From Octopus sinensis (Eukaryota), in assembly GCF_006345805.1 (NCBI RefSeq), contig NC_043002.1, positions 101,680,001 to 101,744,000 on the forward strand: a stretch of DNA of 64,000 bases, given 5' to 3'. The translations under genes were made by a program, and so were the position numbers. Shown piece by piece: positions 42,713-56,052 of this stretch (the first letter of the stretch is position 1; each line of letters starts with the position of its first letter). The notes below the pieces were generated by a model that saw only the letters and a list, made by a program, of their open reading frames with translations, had not been told where the DNA came from and did no database searches.

Positions 42713-45290
42713 CCATGAATGACATGATGTGAACGAGGACAGGCGAGGTCCCTCCTGAACCTCATCAACACTCTGTACATGGAGCAAGTAATACTCCAAC
42801 CAACCAGGGCAGGTAACATACTGGATCTCTGCTTCACTAATAATATGGATCTCATCCATAATGTGAAAGTTACACCGACACTACTCTCGGATCACAACAT
42901 GGTAGAGCTGACCATGTACGGGCCAAAAGAAAGCATGGACATGCAGCCTACAAGAAACTCTTAGAATCTTTCCAGCTTGAACTTCCATAAGGCAAACTGG
43001 AAACAAAATGAGAAAGAGATCCTCAAACAAAACTGGCCTGAATGTCTCTCCTCGCCAGACATCGACATGAAACTTCAACAATTCATGTCTGTAATGCAAG
43101 CCATATTATACAAATATGTCCCAGAGAGAAAGGCCACTGTACACAAGAACAAAATCCCCAGAGAGAGGAAAATTCTAATGAGACAGCGTACAAAGGTTTC
43201 AAATTGCCTAAACAAACAAATTGAAAGCAGTGAAAAGTCCCGCCTGAAAATAAAACTGTTGGAAATTGAAAAATGTCTGCAACTCTCCCATGAAAAAGAA
43301 AGAGGAGACAAAGAAGCCTGGGCTATAGACAACATAAAATCTAACCCCAGAGCTTTCTAGAGGTGTGCCAAAGAAACAGCTACGGTGCACTGTAGGATAG
43401 GGCTACTCATTGAAAAGGATGGCACACTCACAGGAAATCCAATGAGGATAAGTGAAATACTAAATGAGCAATTCAAGAGTATTTTCACCCCTAGGGCATT
43501 TTCAAATCAGTAATTCAACTGACTTCTTTACCACTGCAGATATAAAATCAGAGGCAGCGATGATTGATTACATCAATATAAAGGAAGACGATGTAATAAA
43601 GGCTATAGATGAAGTGAAAACAAACTCAGCTACTGGCCCCGATGGATTCCCAGCAATCCTTCTAAAAGTATGTAAGAGAGTCCTAGCAAGACCACTGCAG
43701 TTCCTCTTTCAGAGCTTCCTTGCAACTGGCAAACGTCCAAGAAAACTGAAGGAAGGTAAAATATGCCCTTTTCATAAAGGAGGTAGCAAAGCGGAGGCCA
43801 AGAACTACAGACCTATCTCTCTGACCTCACACATCAGCAAGGTCATGGAACGAATAGTCAGAAGGAAACTAATCACCTTCCTTGAAGAAAATGACTTACT
43901 GCTTGACACCCAACATGGTTTCCAACCAGGAAGAAGCTGCTTAACTCAGCTCCTACAACACTATGACTGGGTTCTGAAACGACTGCTCAACCACTCAAAT
44001 GTCGAAGTGATATATCTCGACTTTGCAAAGGCCTTTGATAAAGTCGATCATGGAATGATATGTCACAAACTGTGTGATCTTGGCATAGTTGGAAAATTGA
44101 GAGAATGGCTTCATGACTTTCTGAAGGATAGAAGTCAGGTGGTAGTAGCCAATGGGGCCACTTCCATTAACACGCAAATCGTGAGCGGTGTTCCGCAGGG
44201 CACAGTTTGGGACCACTACTGTTCATAATGGCCCTCCCAGACATGCCCTCAGTCACGCAGAGAGCCACGATCACAAGTTATGCAGATGATACAAAAGTTT
44301 CACAGGCAATACAGAACCCTGATGACACTAAGCACCTGCAATGTGAGTTGGACAAAATAAACAAGTGGGCTGAAAAGAATAGCATGCTGTTCAATGCTGA
44401 AAAATTTCAAGCTTTATGCTATCAGCATGCAAAACTAAATGCAATACCCAATGAATACACTGGACCTGGAGGGATTGCAATCCCAGAGGCACAATCAGTG
44501 CGAGACTTGGGTATTCACATGAGTGATGACGCAAACTTTCATGTGCATGTTGCTAAATTGGCAATGAAATGTAGGCGGCTGACCAGATGGATTCTTATAA
44601 CCTTTAGAACAAGAGACCAGGAATCCATGATGGTCCTCTGGAGGACACTTGTCCTAAGCCACTTTGACTATTGCTCTCAGCTATAGTCACCATCCAGTGT
44701 CAAGTTAATCACATAACTTGAAGCGATCCAACGAAGCTACACGAAGATAGCCTCTGTGCAGCATATAAGCTACTGGGAAAGACTCAAGAGATTAAAACTC
44801 TATTCCTTAAAGCGTAGGCGAGAAAGATATGCCATAATATACATCTGGAAGATCCTAGAAGGACGTGTCCCAAACTTTGACATCGAGAGTTACACAAATG
44901 CCAGAACTTGGCGCCACTGCATAGTGCCAATGACTCCAAATTTGCCATCAAGATGTAAGACGAGATACTCTGATAGCCTGGGCTTCCGAGGCCCAGAGTT
45001 CTTCAATATCCTCCCGAAGAACCTAAGAGACCTGCATGGGGTGGATGCAGATGTCTTTAAAATAAAACTGGATCTCTTCTTGTCAGGTGTCCCAGATGAA
45101 CCAACTTCACGGCAGGAGGTGCAGATGAGGGCAGCTGCATCGAACTCTCTCATGCACCAAATGGCAGTTGTTAAAAAGCATTCGTGAAGTAAAATCATGT
45201 AGCAACACCAAATGGCGGTGCCCCAGCATGGCCACAGCTTGTGGACTGAAACTAGATAAAATAAAAATAAAAATAAATAAATAAATAAAA
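42712..45290 (+). mobile_element. 5'-truncated, frameshifted CR1/L2-group LINE (APE C-terminus plus RT)
   Basis: RAGNILDLCFTN...LSDHNMV (APE); NYRPISLTSHISKVMERI, QHGF, YLDFAKAFDKVDHG, GVPQGT, YADDT (RT); (AATAA)n tail. Confidence 0.93.
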
Positions 45291-46019
45291 ATACATATGC
45301 ACACACATCCATATAGATACACATACATATATAATGTACACATACAAAAAATGTGGTTGCATGTATGCAAGTGTATATATATATATATATATTCCTACAT
45401 ACACACACGTATACATTATATATGCATATACAAATAAAGCACAGTTATTTTGTTCCACACGGGTAGAAATATAGAAAGAGAAGGTGAAGATGCACTGAAG
45501 TTCGGTTAGATATTTTATTGTTAAATTTTGAAAGACTTAACCGGTTTTACAGATTTCTTTGGTTTTCAAAAATTGAGAAAGAAAGACATGGAGCTATACT
45601 GCAACCGCCTTGCTTCTGGTAATATATATATATCCAAGCCACGTGCATACTACAGGTTACTCTTGAAGCCAAGGTTATCTTGATTAGGGTTCGATCAGAA
45701 TGCATTCTAATAGAATCCCCCGTGTGTTAACATGTACGCAGAACGACAAATTAAACCTTCATACATAACTTGGCTCTGAAGAGTAGCCAGCAGCCTCGCT
45801 TGGAGATTTACTACTTCAGAGGTTCTGTTTTCTATGAAACATAAAATGTAACCCGGACTTCACTAACCCCATTCCTTAGCTCTGTGTGTGTGTCTGTGTG
45901 TATATATATATATAAGAATTATTATTATTTAATCTTTAATTTGTTCAGGAAGAGGTTAGACAGACCATCTAGAGCACTGCTGTTAGCTTCAATATTTGCT
46001 TATTTTACACTCATTTCCC

Positions 46020-46560
46020 GGCCGCATCTCCGGAATCGTTCGTGAGACGGACAGAGCTACACTTGTTTGCATTTCGTGCGAGGTGTCGGCTCATACGGTA
46101 TTTCATAACAATTTACTTAAATGTGTCCAATGAACACATCCACATCTTCTGCTTGTAGATCTCTAAGGCCTTTTGGCAATGTGTCAAAAGGTTATTACAT
46201 TTTGACAGCTATGCTATTGCAGTATCGACTCTTTACACTGGATGGAGTGAATTGAATCTGTAGTATTAAGCTGTAGTGTCCAATCTGTGATTTCTATGCC
46301 TTACAGTCGCGTAATTAGGTCATAGAACTTTGAGGCTCTACTACGTATACAGATCTATCTTTGTATATCCACCGTGTCTTTGTTTCTATGTGTTAAACAG
46401 CCTTAGTTCGTTTAGCCTTTAGCAGTAGCTCATCAGATAGACCAGGACAATGTTCTTGGTGCAGAAGTGTCGAATTGCTAAGTCTTGTACTGTTAGTGTG
46501 ACGCATTGTGGAGACTATAATTTCAGTCCAGGTGACCGAGACCAAAAGCTCTCCACGTGT
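46020..46560 (-). mobile_element. Highly degenerate CR1-like LINE 3' remnant
   Basis: LFDTLPKGLRDLQAEDVDVF...PYEPT aligns by eye to FFNILPKNLRDLHGVDADVF...PDEPT of the 42.7-45.3 kb LINE. Confidence 0.6.
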
Positions 46561-46733
46561 TCAAAATCATCTCAAAATCCAACCAATTAGTCTCCTGCAG
46601 ATTGTAGTCTTCTTAATAATAGTCATGCGGTACGGCATTCCTTCTTTGGACCTTGATTTGATTAAGTACATGAAATTATACATATACGCTTATGTATATA
46701 TGTATGTATGTATGTAAGTATGTATGTATGTAT

Positions 46734-46771
<38 letters not shown>

Positions 46772-47370
46772 CATACATGCTCACATATATGTACATATGT
46801 ATGTGTGTGATTTGTATTACGATAGATCAATATATATCGATCTGTTGAAATACATTTAAATATATATTTTTTTCAAAAAAGAATCAGTGATAAATTTTGA
46901 ATAGGAAGTACAGTTTCGATATGGAGCGTTATAAAAAGAAGCTCAGCGAAGAAAGAAGAGATAAAGAAGAAGAAATCCACTAAAGAATGAGAGATCAAAG
47001 GAAAGCAGTGAGCCGACAGAAAGGAATAAATAAATATAGAAACAAATATCTTCTTTTTTTTTAATATAAAATGCGAGTTAATAGTTTTAGAAAAAATATC
47101 TTCCTTTCTTGCATCTTCCTTTCTTTCGGCTCTCTAATTTTTCTTTGATCTGTTCTTCGTACCTGATTTTCTTCTTCATTCTTACAGTTCATTTTCGTTT
47201 CTATCTCATATGTGATTCTATTATCAAACTATAATAACACGACTTCATCTTCAATGTCTATCAATTATTCGATTAGAAGAAATATTTGATTGAAATTCGA
47301 CAAATCAAGTATCAGGATAAGGATCTCTAGTCAATTTTGTCCATATGTAATCTCTTATACGATTTATATA

Positions 47371-47419
<49 letters not shown>

Positions 47420-47432
47420 TACTATATATATA

Positions 47433-47540
<108 letters not shown>

Positions 47541-47762
47541 TTTTAAAATAGGATAAAATCTTTATAAGAATTTATCAAGAGGTATTTCCCGCTAACTACT
47601 TAATAAATTCTTATAAACATTTTATCCTATTTTTAAATTATATATATGTACATGTATGTGTATGTATGTATATGCCTGTATGTGTGTATGTATACATGCA
47701 TGTATGTATGCATGTATTAATATATATGTTGTCTGTCTGTCTGTGTCTGTATATGTATATGC

Positions 47763-47808
<46 letters not shown>

Positions 47809-47851
47809 TATTATATATATATATATATTATATATATATATATATATATAA

Positions 47852-48077
47852 GGCGAGCTGGTAGAAACGTTAGCACGCCGGGCGAAATTCATAGCCGTAT
47901 TTCGTCTGTCGTTACGTTCCGAGTTCAAATTCCGCCGAGGTCGACTTTGCCTTTCATCCTTTCGGGGTCGATAAATTAAGTACCAGTTACGCACTGGGGT
48001 CGATGTAGTCGACTTAATCCCTTTGTCTGTCCTTGTTTGTCCCCTCTGTGTTTAGCCCCTTGTGGGTAGTAAAGAAA
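47852..48077 (+). mobile_element. tRNA-derived SINE family 2
   Basis: ggcgagctggtagaaacgttagc...gagttcaaattcc; copies at 37452-37660 and 50803-51200. Confidence 0.88.
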
Positions 48078-48103
48078 TATATATATGTATGTATGCATAT
48101 ATG

Positions 48104-48134
<31 letters not shown>

Positions 48135-48540
48135 CTGTATGTATGTGTGTATGTATGTATATTTATGCATGTTTAAGAGGTTCACTCCAGTTGTGTGGCA
48201 TCTTGGCCAAGCGTTTTCTTGTATATCCTCCACAGAAAATGCCTCCTGTGTCTTGGTAGATGGAAATATACGGGGAATGTTGTGGGAATATCAAATGAAG
48301 AAATTCGATAGAAATATGGAATTTTTATATACCCTTTCCGTCTTTCCTTTCATAGAAAAAAGGTTTCTCAATATAAGGAAAGACATATTCATAAACCTAA
48401 AGATGTTTCCAACCTCTTCAGCGGAATATTCATTCCCTCGCTCATCTCATAGTAATCAACCCGAGATGACAAGGAAAGCGTATAGTGAAAGGTGTTGAGT
48501 CACGAATTATTTCTAATCTGGCGGTCGTTATAGAGATATA

Positions 48541-48938
48541 TCTTTATATATAAAAGAGAAGTTGTGTGTCTGTCTCCTACGATTTAGATTCCTAACTACT
48601 CCCACATTTTGCGGTGCAGTTCAACCAAAACCGGGTATCTTATAGTCGTGATTCATATAGAGCCCTTCTGGGTATTAGCGCGCGTCTACGATGAGTTTAC
48701 GATTTTAAAAATAATTTACCATCATTTTTTTCCATTTTAATGCATTTCTCTCGCTATTATATAAGGGAAGTAACTCTCTAAAAATGTCTACGATGAGTCA
48801 ACGATTTAAAAAAAATTACCATCATTTTTTTTCTCCATTTTTAATCCATTTTTTTGCATTTTTTTTGCTATAACTCTCTAAATATGCTTATATAGTTATT
48901 TCCCTTACAAAACCGAGCAACGCCGGCAATACTGCTAG
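48541..48938 (+). mobile_element. Non-autonomous Helitron
   Basis: Starts TC, ends CTAG after ccgagcaacgccgg hairpin, inserted between A and T. Confidence 0.85.
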
Positions 48939-50802
48939 TTGTTTTTAAAGTGGGAATGTAGATCAGGACGCTGTCCGTTAACGTACAAATTGATTGGGCA
49001 ACGTTCATCTATTAAGCTCATATGGAAGTCGCGGGAGACGGTCACATTGAAGCTCTCTGTGTGTGTGTGTTTATCTCCTCACCCCTACCACTTGACTTGC
49101 CAATTACTATCGGTTTCTTTATTCCACGTAAGCAAGCAGCTCGTTAAATGGAACCGATTGAATAAGTGAAAGACTTAACTAGATTAAAGATCGGTGTCGG
49201 TTTTGCCCAAGTAAACTCTTCAAGGCGGTGCCCACGCATAACCTCAGTCCAGTGACGGAAACAGGTTAAGGAAAAAGGTGAAACATTTAAAGCGAGAATT
49301 TCTCCATGACAAATTGCAGAGAAAACGGATCTTTTACTGACCAAATATGTCCCAGAACTTACACATACATGCGCGCGCGCACATACACACACGCACAATG
49401 GAATGTAGGGGATACTGCTTCTGTATGGGAAGCAGGTCCTGAATTTACTAACCTAAGTACATAATAAACACACAGTGAAGAACAAAACTAGTCTCAAACC
49501 GTTGCTTGCCATTCATTGTTTTGAAATTACGAATCATACGAACTAAATCTCTATACTTGTGGAAATGTGTGTTTGTTTTATTAAGTGCTGCACACTTGGA
49601 CATATGCAACTGGTTCGATCACATAAAATAACAAAATATAATTATTAAACTTTGCTCTTGATCATAAAATGTAGATAAATACGTCGTAATTTTAGTCGCG
49701 TTGCTACACGATAAATAGAACTTGCTTTCATTGTCACGTTAGTTCACTCTCAGCTGAATATGAATTTAATTTAGAAAGTAACGCAACCGTGTAAACCACT
49801 TCATATTAGCTGACTTTCTCCAATATCTGAAACTCCAAACGTTTTGAACAACAACGGGAACAGTAGTGAACCACTGATTATGCCGTCGCTCGACATGCTA
49901 AATATACCAACCAACTTCTCTAAAATATTACTCTATCACCTTAAAACAGAACACATTGTCTATCTAGTTTAAATTTCACGAAAAACAAAGCAATGATTGC
50001 TGAAATACAATCACGGCCGACATGTTGCTGAAACCACAACAGTAATAAGTGTTCAACTAGAAACCACACAGGCACTTCCCGGTTAAGTGATTTTTTATAT
50101 AATCCTTAATCCTCAGTCCGTTCTCTAAAACACCACTTTTCCGTTAGTCAATATCTGTTTTACTAGCTTCCAGTCCGTGGCAGTTTGCTAACGTTTCTTT
50201 GGAATATTTCTGTACCAAGCTAGTTATGTTTCTCAGAAGTTACTGCCCCTCGCTCAACACCTCTCTTTTACGTGCATTTAGGGCTGTTTGGCACCATTAT
50301 TTATAGGACAATACACAAACTAAAAAAATCACAATTTACAATCTGAGACATTCATTGAGTATTATGTAATTTTATTGCACTGGCATTTGCATAGTTTTTA
50401 AGATAATTTAAGAAATTTTGGCATGGCCAGCTGAGCTCTTTATGATAAACAAATTAGAAGTATGTGTTCAGAGAATATGGGGAAAACCGAAACAATCGGA
50501 ATTTTCGTCTTTCTTTCCTCAAAATCTTCAGATCTGGCATCCAACACATGAAGTCATGAGCGGTCTAGGGGACATTATTTTTTTTTATATATATGATTGA
50601 TTAAATTTCTTTAGGAGTAGTTCAGAAACTAATGAACCTAGGAGATAATTTATTAACGATAACACAGTAGTGACATCAGAGAGTATACGAGTACTTTAGA
50701 GGATCTACTTCATGACACGCATTCGGACGAGTTTTCCTGTTTAACTTTTCGTCCCATCAGTTTTGTCAGCCAAATAAATTCTTTAATATTTTATTTTAAA
50801 AG

Positions 50803-51200
50803 GTGGCGAGCTGGCAGAAACGTTAACACGCCGGGTGAAATGCTTAGCAGTATTTCGTCTGCCGCTACGTTCTGAGTTCAAATTCTGCCGAGGTCGACTT
50901 GGCCTTTCATCCTTTCATGGCCGATTAAATAAGTACCTGTTACACACTGGGGTCAATGTAATCGACTTAATCCGTTTGTCTGACCTTGTTTGTCCCCTCT
51001 GTGTTTAGCCCCTTGTGGGCAGTAAAGAAATAGATATTCCGTCTGTCTTTACGTTCTGAGTTCGAATTCCGCCGCGGGGGACTTTACTTGTCATCCTTTC
51101 GGGATCGATTAAGTACCAGTTGCGTACTGGGGTCAATGTAATCGACTGGTCCCCCGACCACCAAAACATTTTGGGCCTTGTGCGTAGAACAGAAAAGAAT
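50803..51200 (+). mobile_element. SINE family 2 plus partial tandem second copy
   Basis: Colinear with 47852-48077. Confidence 0.85.
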
Positions 51201-51580
51201 ATTTTATTTTAAAAAGGTACGAGTTTCAGACAAAATAACAGTAACTGAACAGAGAGTTACTCGTGATATGTGATGCGTGACTTATAAGATGCTTGGCTGA
51301 CCAGTTTATTCAAAAGCTAAGATTATTACCAAAGCGACAGTGGAGAGACACGAACAAGCGACTGTCACGGCAATACATGTTTACCAAGAACTGCTTCAGA
51401 CCGATTGTGTATAAAAGAGAGAAACGGACCAGTTCACCGTGTAGTGATATCGCAGAGCAATCATGTACATCACAAAGTAGATATCTCAAGCATTTACAAA
51501 AGATTCCTCAATAATGGCAACAGCAACATTCAGTACAAGTATTTCTACAAAACGCAAACCGCTAACATCAGTCTGCATAT

Positions 51581-51636
<56 letters not shown>

Positions 51637-51649
51637 TAATAATAAATAT

Positions 51650-53195
51650 TAGGGAATAAATCCAAATTTTCAGGGAAAAAATCAGATTTAGGATTAAATC
51701 CAATTTTATAGTAAAATATTATAAAATATTATTAGAGACAAAACCACTATTTTGCAAAACAAACAAGGAAAGACTTAATCAATACATAAAATTTTTATAA
51801 ATAGTCAAAAAAACCGCCACTACAATTGTTTCTTGTCTTGATCGACAATCTTCAGGTGGACTTCCAATCTAAAATATCAATATTTTAAAATATAAAAATA
51901 ATAATTTTAAAATAAAGTATGAACGAAAAAATATAAATATATAATCCATATATAACCTATATATAATCCATATATAATCAATATATAAACAATATATAAA
52001 CTAAAATAAACCTATCAACAATTAAATATAAAATATAAAATATAAAATATAAAACAAAACAAAAAAATAATAATAATATAATAATAAACTATATATACAC
52101 CCATACACATATACCTAATTATATATAACCATATCTAACTACATACACTAAATCACACCCCTATATATATATCCCTATACATACACATAAAAACGTCTAG
52201 GCAACTATAAATAAATAAAATAGCTAAATACTTCAACACATTACTTATTCATACTCCCACACACACACACATACAACCCACATTCACGCTCTAGAAAACG
52301 GACATCACTTAAAATTATGAACGGGGAAATGGAATAAATGGAATTAAAAATTATATTCACTTGGTAAAACGAACACTACTTAAAAATTATGAATGAAACA
52401 ATGCAATAAAACAACAGACATCGCAAATAGACACAAATTACTACGAATTCCTCAACAAACCTACCATGATAAACCAAAACTCATAAAAACATATAATGAT
52501 AAAATCTCCCTTTACTAAACTCTATAACATACCTATATAGCAATCCCCCTAACCTAAACATTCACACACAAATACACACACTTAAACCACACACCCACGA
52601 CATATACAAATACCCACACCACTTACACATACCTATACATACATATAAGCCTCAACATATACTCCAAAAACCCACTCAACCCCACACAGACAAATAAACA
52701 CAAAATTATGAATGGATTCTTTTATAAAACTACCATGATAAGCTAAAACTCACAAAACATAAATGATAAAACCTCCCTTTACTAAACACTATAACATACT
52801 TATATAGCAATCCCTTTAACCTATACATTCACACACAAATACACACACGTAAACCACACAGCCATAACAAATACAAACACCCACCCCACTCACACACACC
52901 CACAAGTACATATAAGCCTCAACATATACACCAAACAAAATTACTTTACCAAGGAACTTAACATATGTATAAAAAGTATAACCGCTCTGGAAACGAACAT
53001 CTTTTAAAATAATGAATGGAGAAATGGAATAAATGGAATTAAAAATAATATTCACGTGGCAAAACGAACACCACTCAAAAATTATGAATGAAACAATGTA
53101 ATAAAACAACCAACATCGAAAATAGACAAATTACCACGAATTCCCTAAAAAAACCATGATAAACCAAAACTCTTAAAAACATATCACGATAAAAT
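51650..53195. mobile_element. Penelope-type remnant with internal segmental duplications and strong C/A strand skew
   Basis: HHR at 51817-51859; duplicated blocks near 52300-52660 versus 52735-53190. Confidence 0.5.
51817..51859 (-). ncRNA. Canonical minimal type I hammerhead ribozyme, GUA site
   Basis: CCAC/GTGG helix I; CTGAAGA; TTGTC-gatcaa-GACAA; GAAA; palindromic helix III ACAATTGT. Confidence 0.75.
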
Positions 53196-53266
53196 CTCCC
53201 TGTAGGCATATATATGTATATATAGATGAATACCTCTCTCGCTCGCTCTCTTTCTCTGTATGTATA

Positions 53267-53339
<73 letters not shown>

Positions 53340-53946
53340 ATGTATATATACATACATGAAATCGTGTATGTGGGAATTGTGTATGTGAGTGAATTTGTGT
53401 GTGTGTGTGTATGCGTGTGCGTGAAAAGCAACCCAAACAATTATAACCTGAATGAAAAAAGTATTTAAATGAAACACAGTTATGCTAAGATATGTTTAAG
53501 GTATTACAGACGATTGCGAGTCTTTCTTAAATCTGCTAACTACTTCTAACAATAACCGATGCGTGTCTCTGATACAATTACCAGATTATCTCGTGCACCA
53601 TTTATATAATCTCTTTGTATTGCTTGCTTACTTTCAGGCGTACTTCTTCTTCTTCATTTTTTTTCCTCTTCTTCTCTCTCTACATCAGCCATCATCCATC
53701 CATCGCCTTTATTCCACTAGAAATACAAGAGTTCTCCCAAAAGAAAGAGAAATCTGCACAGCTTATTGGCAGATCAAAAATATGATTAACTATGATTTAT
53801 ATATCTATGAACGTTATGAAGGTTTTACTTGACTAAAACTTAGTTACCATTCTCTATCCGCAGGAATAATCTCAGCTAAAATTTCCCTTTATGGATATGG
53901 ATTATTATTCAGGATTACTTTGCCACACTGTATGGAAATCACTCTC

Positions 53947-53997
<51 letters not shown>

Positions 53998-54055
53998 TCA
54001 TCTATTTTTCTTGCGCTCAGTAGCTCAGTGTGTGTATATACGTGTGTGTGTGTAA

Positions 54056-54086
<31 letters not shown>

Positions 54087-54105
54087 CATATATATATATA
54101 TATAA

Positions 54106-54170
<65 letters not shown>

Positions 54171-54555
54171 GCATACATATATATATATATATGCATACAT
54201 ATATATATATATATGCATATATATATATATATTATATATATATGCATATATATATATATATATATATGCATACATATATATATATATATACATATATACA
54301 TATATATATATATATACATATATATAATAGAAATATTAAAATTACTAAGTCTCTCTAAAAGAGAACAACGGCAGCGTTCCCGGAAAATATTAGTTATCGC
54401 CATACTAATATGGCATTCTTATAAAAATAAGAAAAAAGCTGACCGCTTATTAGCTCCATGAGGCCATCGCCTTAAGTTAGCTATTTGATACACAAACTGT
54501 ATCCATATAACCTTTGAACAAGGGAGGTCAGTCGCTCCACACTACTTGGCCGGCA

Positions 54556-54597
54556 GCTACAGACGCGTTTCGGGGTATTGCCCCTTTTCAATGCAGC
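54556..54597 (-). ncRNA. Type I hammerhead, U3:A8 core, GUC site
   Basis: GCTGCA-TTGAAAA-GGGG caata CCCC-GAAA-CGCG-TC-TGTAGC on the minus strand. Confidence 0.8.
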
Positions 54598-54915
54598 GTA
54601 GCCAAACCAGTAGGTGTCGCTTCCGACAATCTCTGTTCAAGGTTTTATTTACCTAGCTTCGGTGGAATACATCCACTTGTTTTCAATAATAGAAATATTA
54701 AAATTACTAAGTCTCTCTAAAAGAGAACAACGGCAGCGTTCCCGGAAAATATTAGTTATCGCCATACTATATGGCATTCTTATAAAAATAAGAAAAAAGC
54801 TGACCGCTTATTAGCTCCATGAGGCCATCGCCTTAAGTTAGCTATTTGATACACAAACTGTATCCATATAACCTTTGAACAAGGGAGGTCAGTCGCTCCA
54901 CACTACTTGGCGGCA

Positions 54916-54957
54916 GCTACAGACGCGTTTCGGGGTATTGCCCCTTTTCAATGCAGC
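54916..54957 (-). ncRNA. Type I hammerhead, U3:A8 core, GUC site
   Basis: Identical motif. Confidence 0.8.
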
Positions 54958-55277
54958 GTAGCCAACCAGTAGGTGTCGCTTCCGACAATCTCTGTTCAAA
55001 GGTTTTATTTACCTAGCTTCGGTGGAATACATCCACTTGTTTTCAATAATAGAAATATTAAAATTACTAAGTCTCTCTAAAAGAGAACAACGGCAGCGTT
55101 CCCGGAAAATATTAGTTATCGCCATACTAATATGGCATTCTTATAAAAATAAGAAAAAAGCTGACCGCTTATTAGCTCCATGAGGCCATCGCCTTAAGTT
55201 AGCTATTTGATACACAAACTGTATCCATATAACCTTTGAACAAGGGAGGTCAGTCGCTCCACACTACTTGGCCGGCA

Positions 55278-55319
55278 GCTACAGACGCGTTTCGGGGTAT
55301 TGCCCCTTTTCAATGCAGC
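55278..55319 (-). ncRNA. Type I hammerhead, U3:A8 core, GUC site
   Basis: Identical motif. Confidence 0.8.
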
Positions 55320-55647
55320 GTAGCCAAACCAGTAGGTGTCGCTTCCGACAATCTCTGTTCAAAGGTTTTATTTACCTAGCTTCGGTGGAATACATCCACT
55401 TGTTTTCAATAATAGAAATATTAAAATTACTAAGTCTCTCTAAAAGAGAACAACGGCAGCGTTCCCGGAAAATATTAGTTATCGCCATACTAATATGGCA
55501 TTCTTATAAAAATAAGAAAAAAGCTGACCGCTTATTAGCTCCATGAGGCCATCGCCTTAAGTTAACTATTTGATACACAACTGTATCCATATAACCTTTG
55601 AAAAAGGGAGGTCAGTCGCTCCACACTACTTGGCGGCAGCTACAGAC

Positions 55648-55689
55648 GCTGCATTGAAAAGGGGCAATACCCCGAAACGCGTCTGTAGC
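55648..55689 (+). ncRNA. Type I hammerhead at the palindrome centre (cleavage predicted after 55683)
   Basis: Identical motif on the + strand. Confidence 0.78.
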
Positions 55690-56010
55690 TGCCGGCCAAG
55701 TAGTGTGGAGCGACTGACCTCCCTTGTTCAAAGGTTATATGGATACAGTTTGTGTATCAAATAGCTAACTTAAGGCGATGGCCTCATGGAGCTAATAAGC
55801 GGTCAGCTTTTTTCTTATTTTTATAAGAATGCCATATTAGTATGGCGATAACTAATATTTTCCGGGAACGCTGCCGTTGTTCTCTTTTAGAGAGACTTAG
55901 TAATTTTAATATTTCTATTATTGAAAACAAGTGGATGTATTCCACCGAAGCTAGGTAAATAAAACCTTTGAACAGAGATTGTCGGAAGCGACACCTACTG
56001 GTTTGGCTAC

Positions 56011-56052
56011 GCTGCATTGAAAAGGGGCAATACCCCGAAACGCGTCTGTAGC
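56011..56052 (+). ncRNA. Type I hammerhead, U3:A8 core (cleavage predicted after 56046)
   Basis: Identical motif. Confidence 0.8.
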
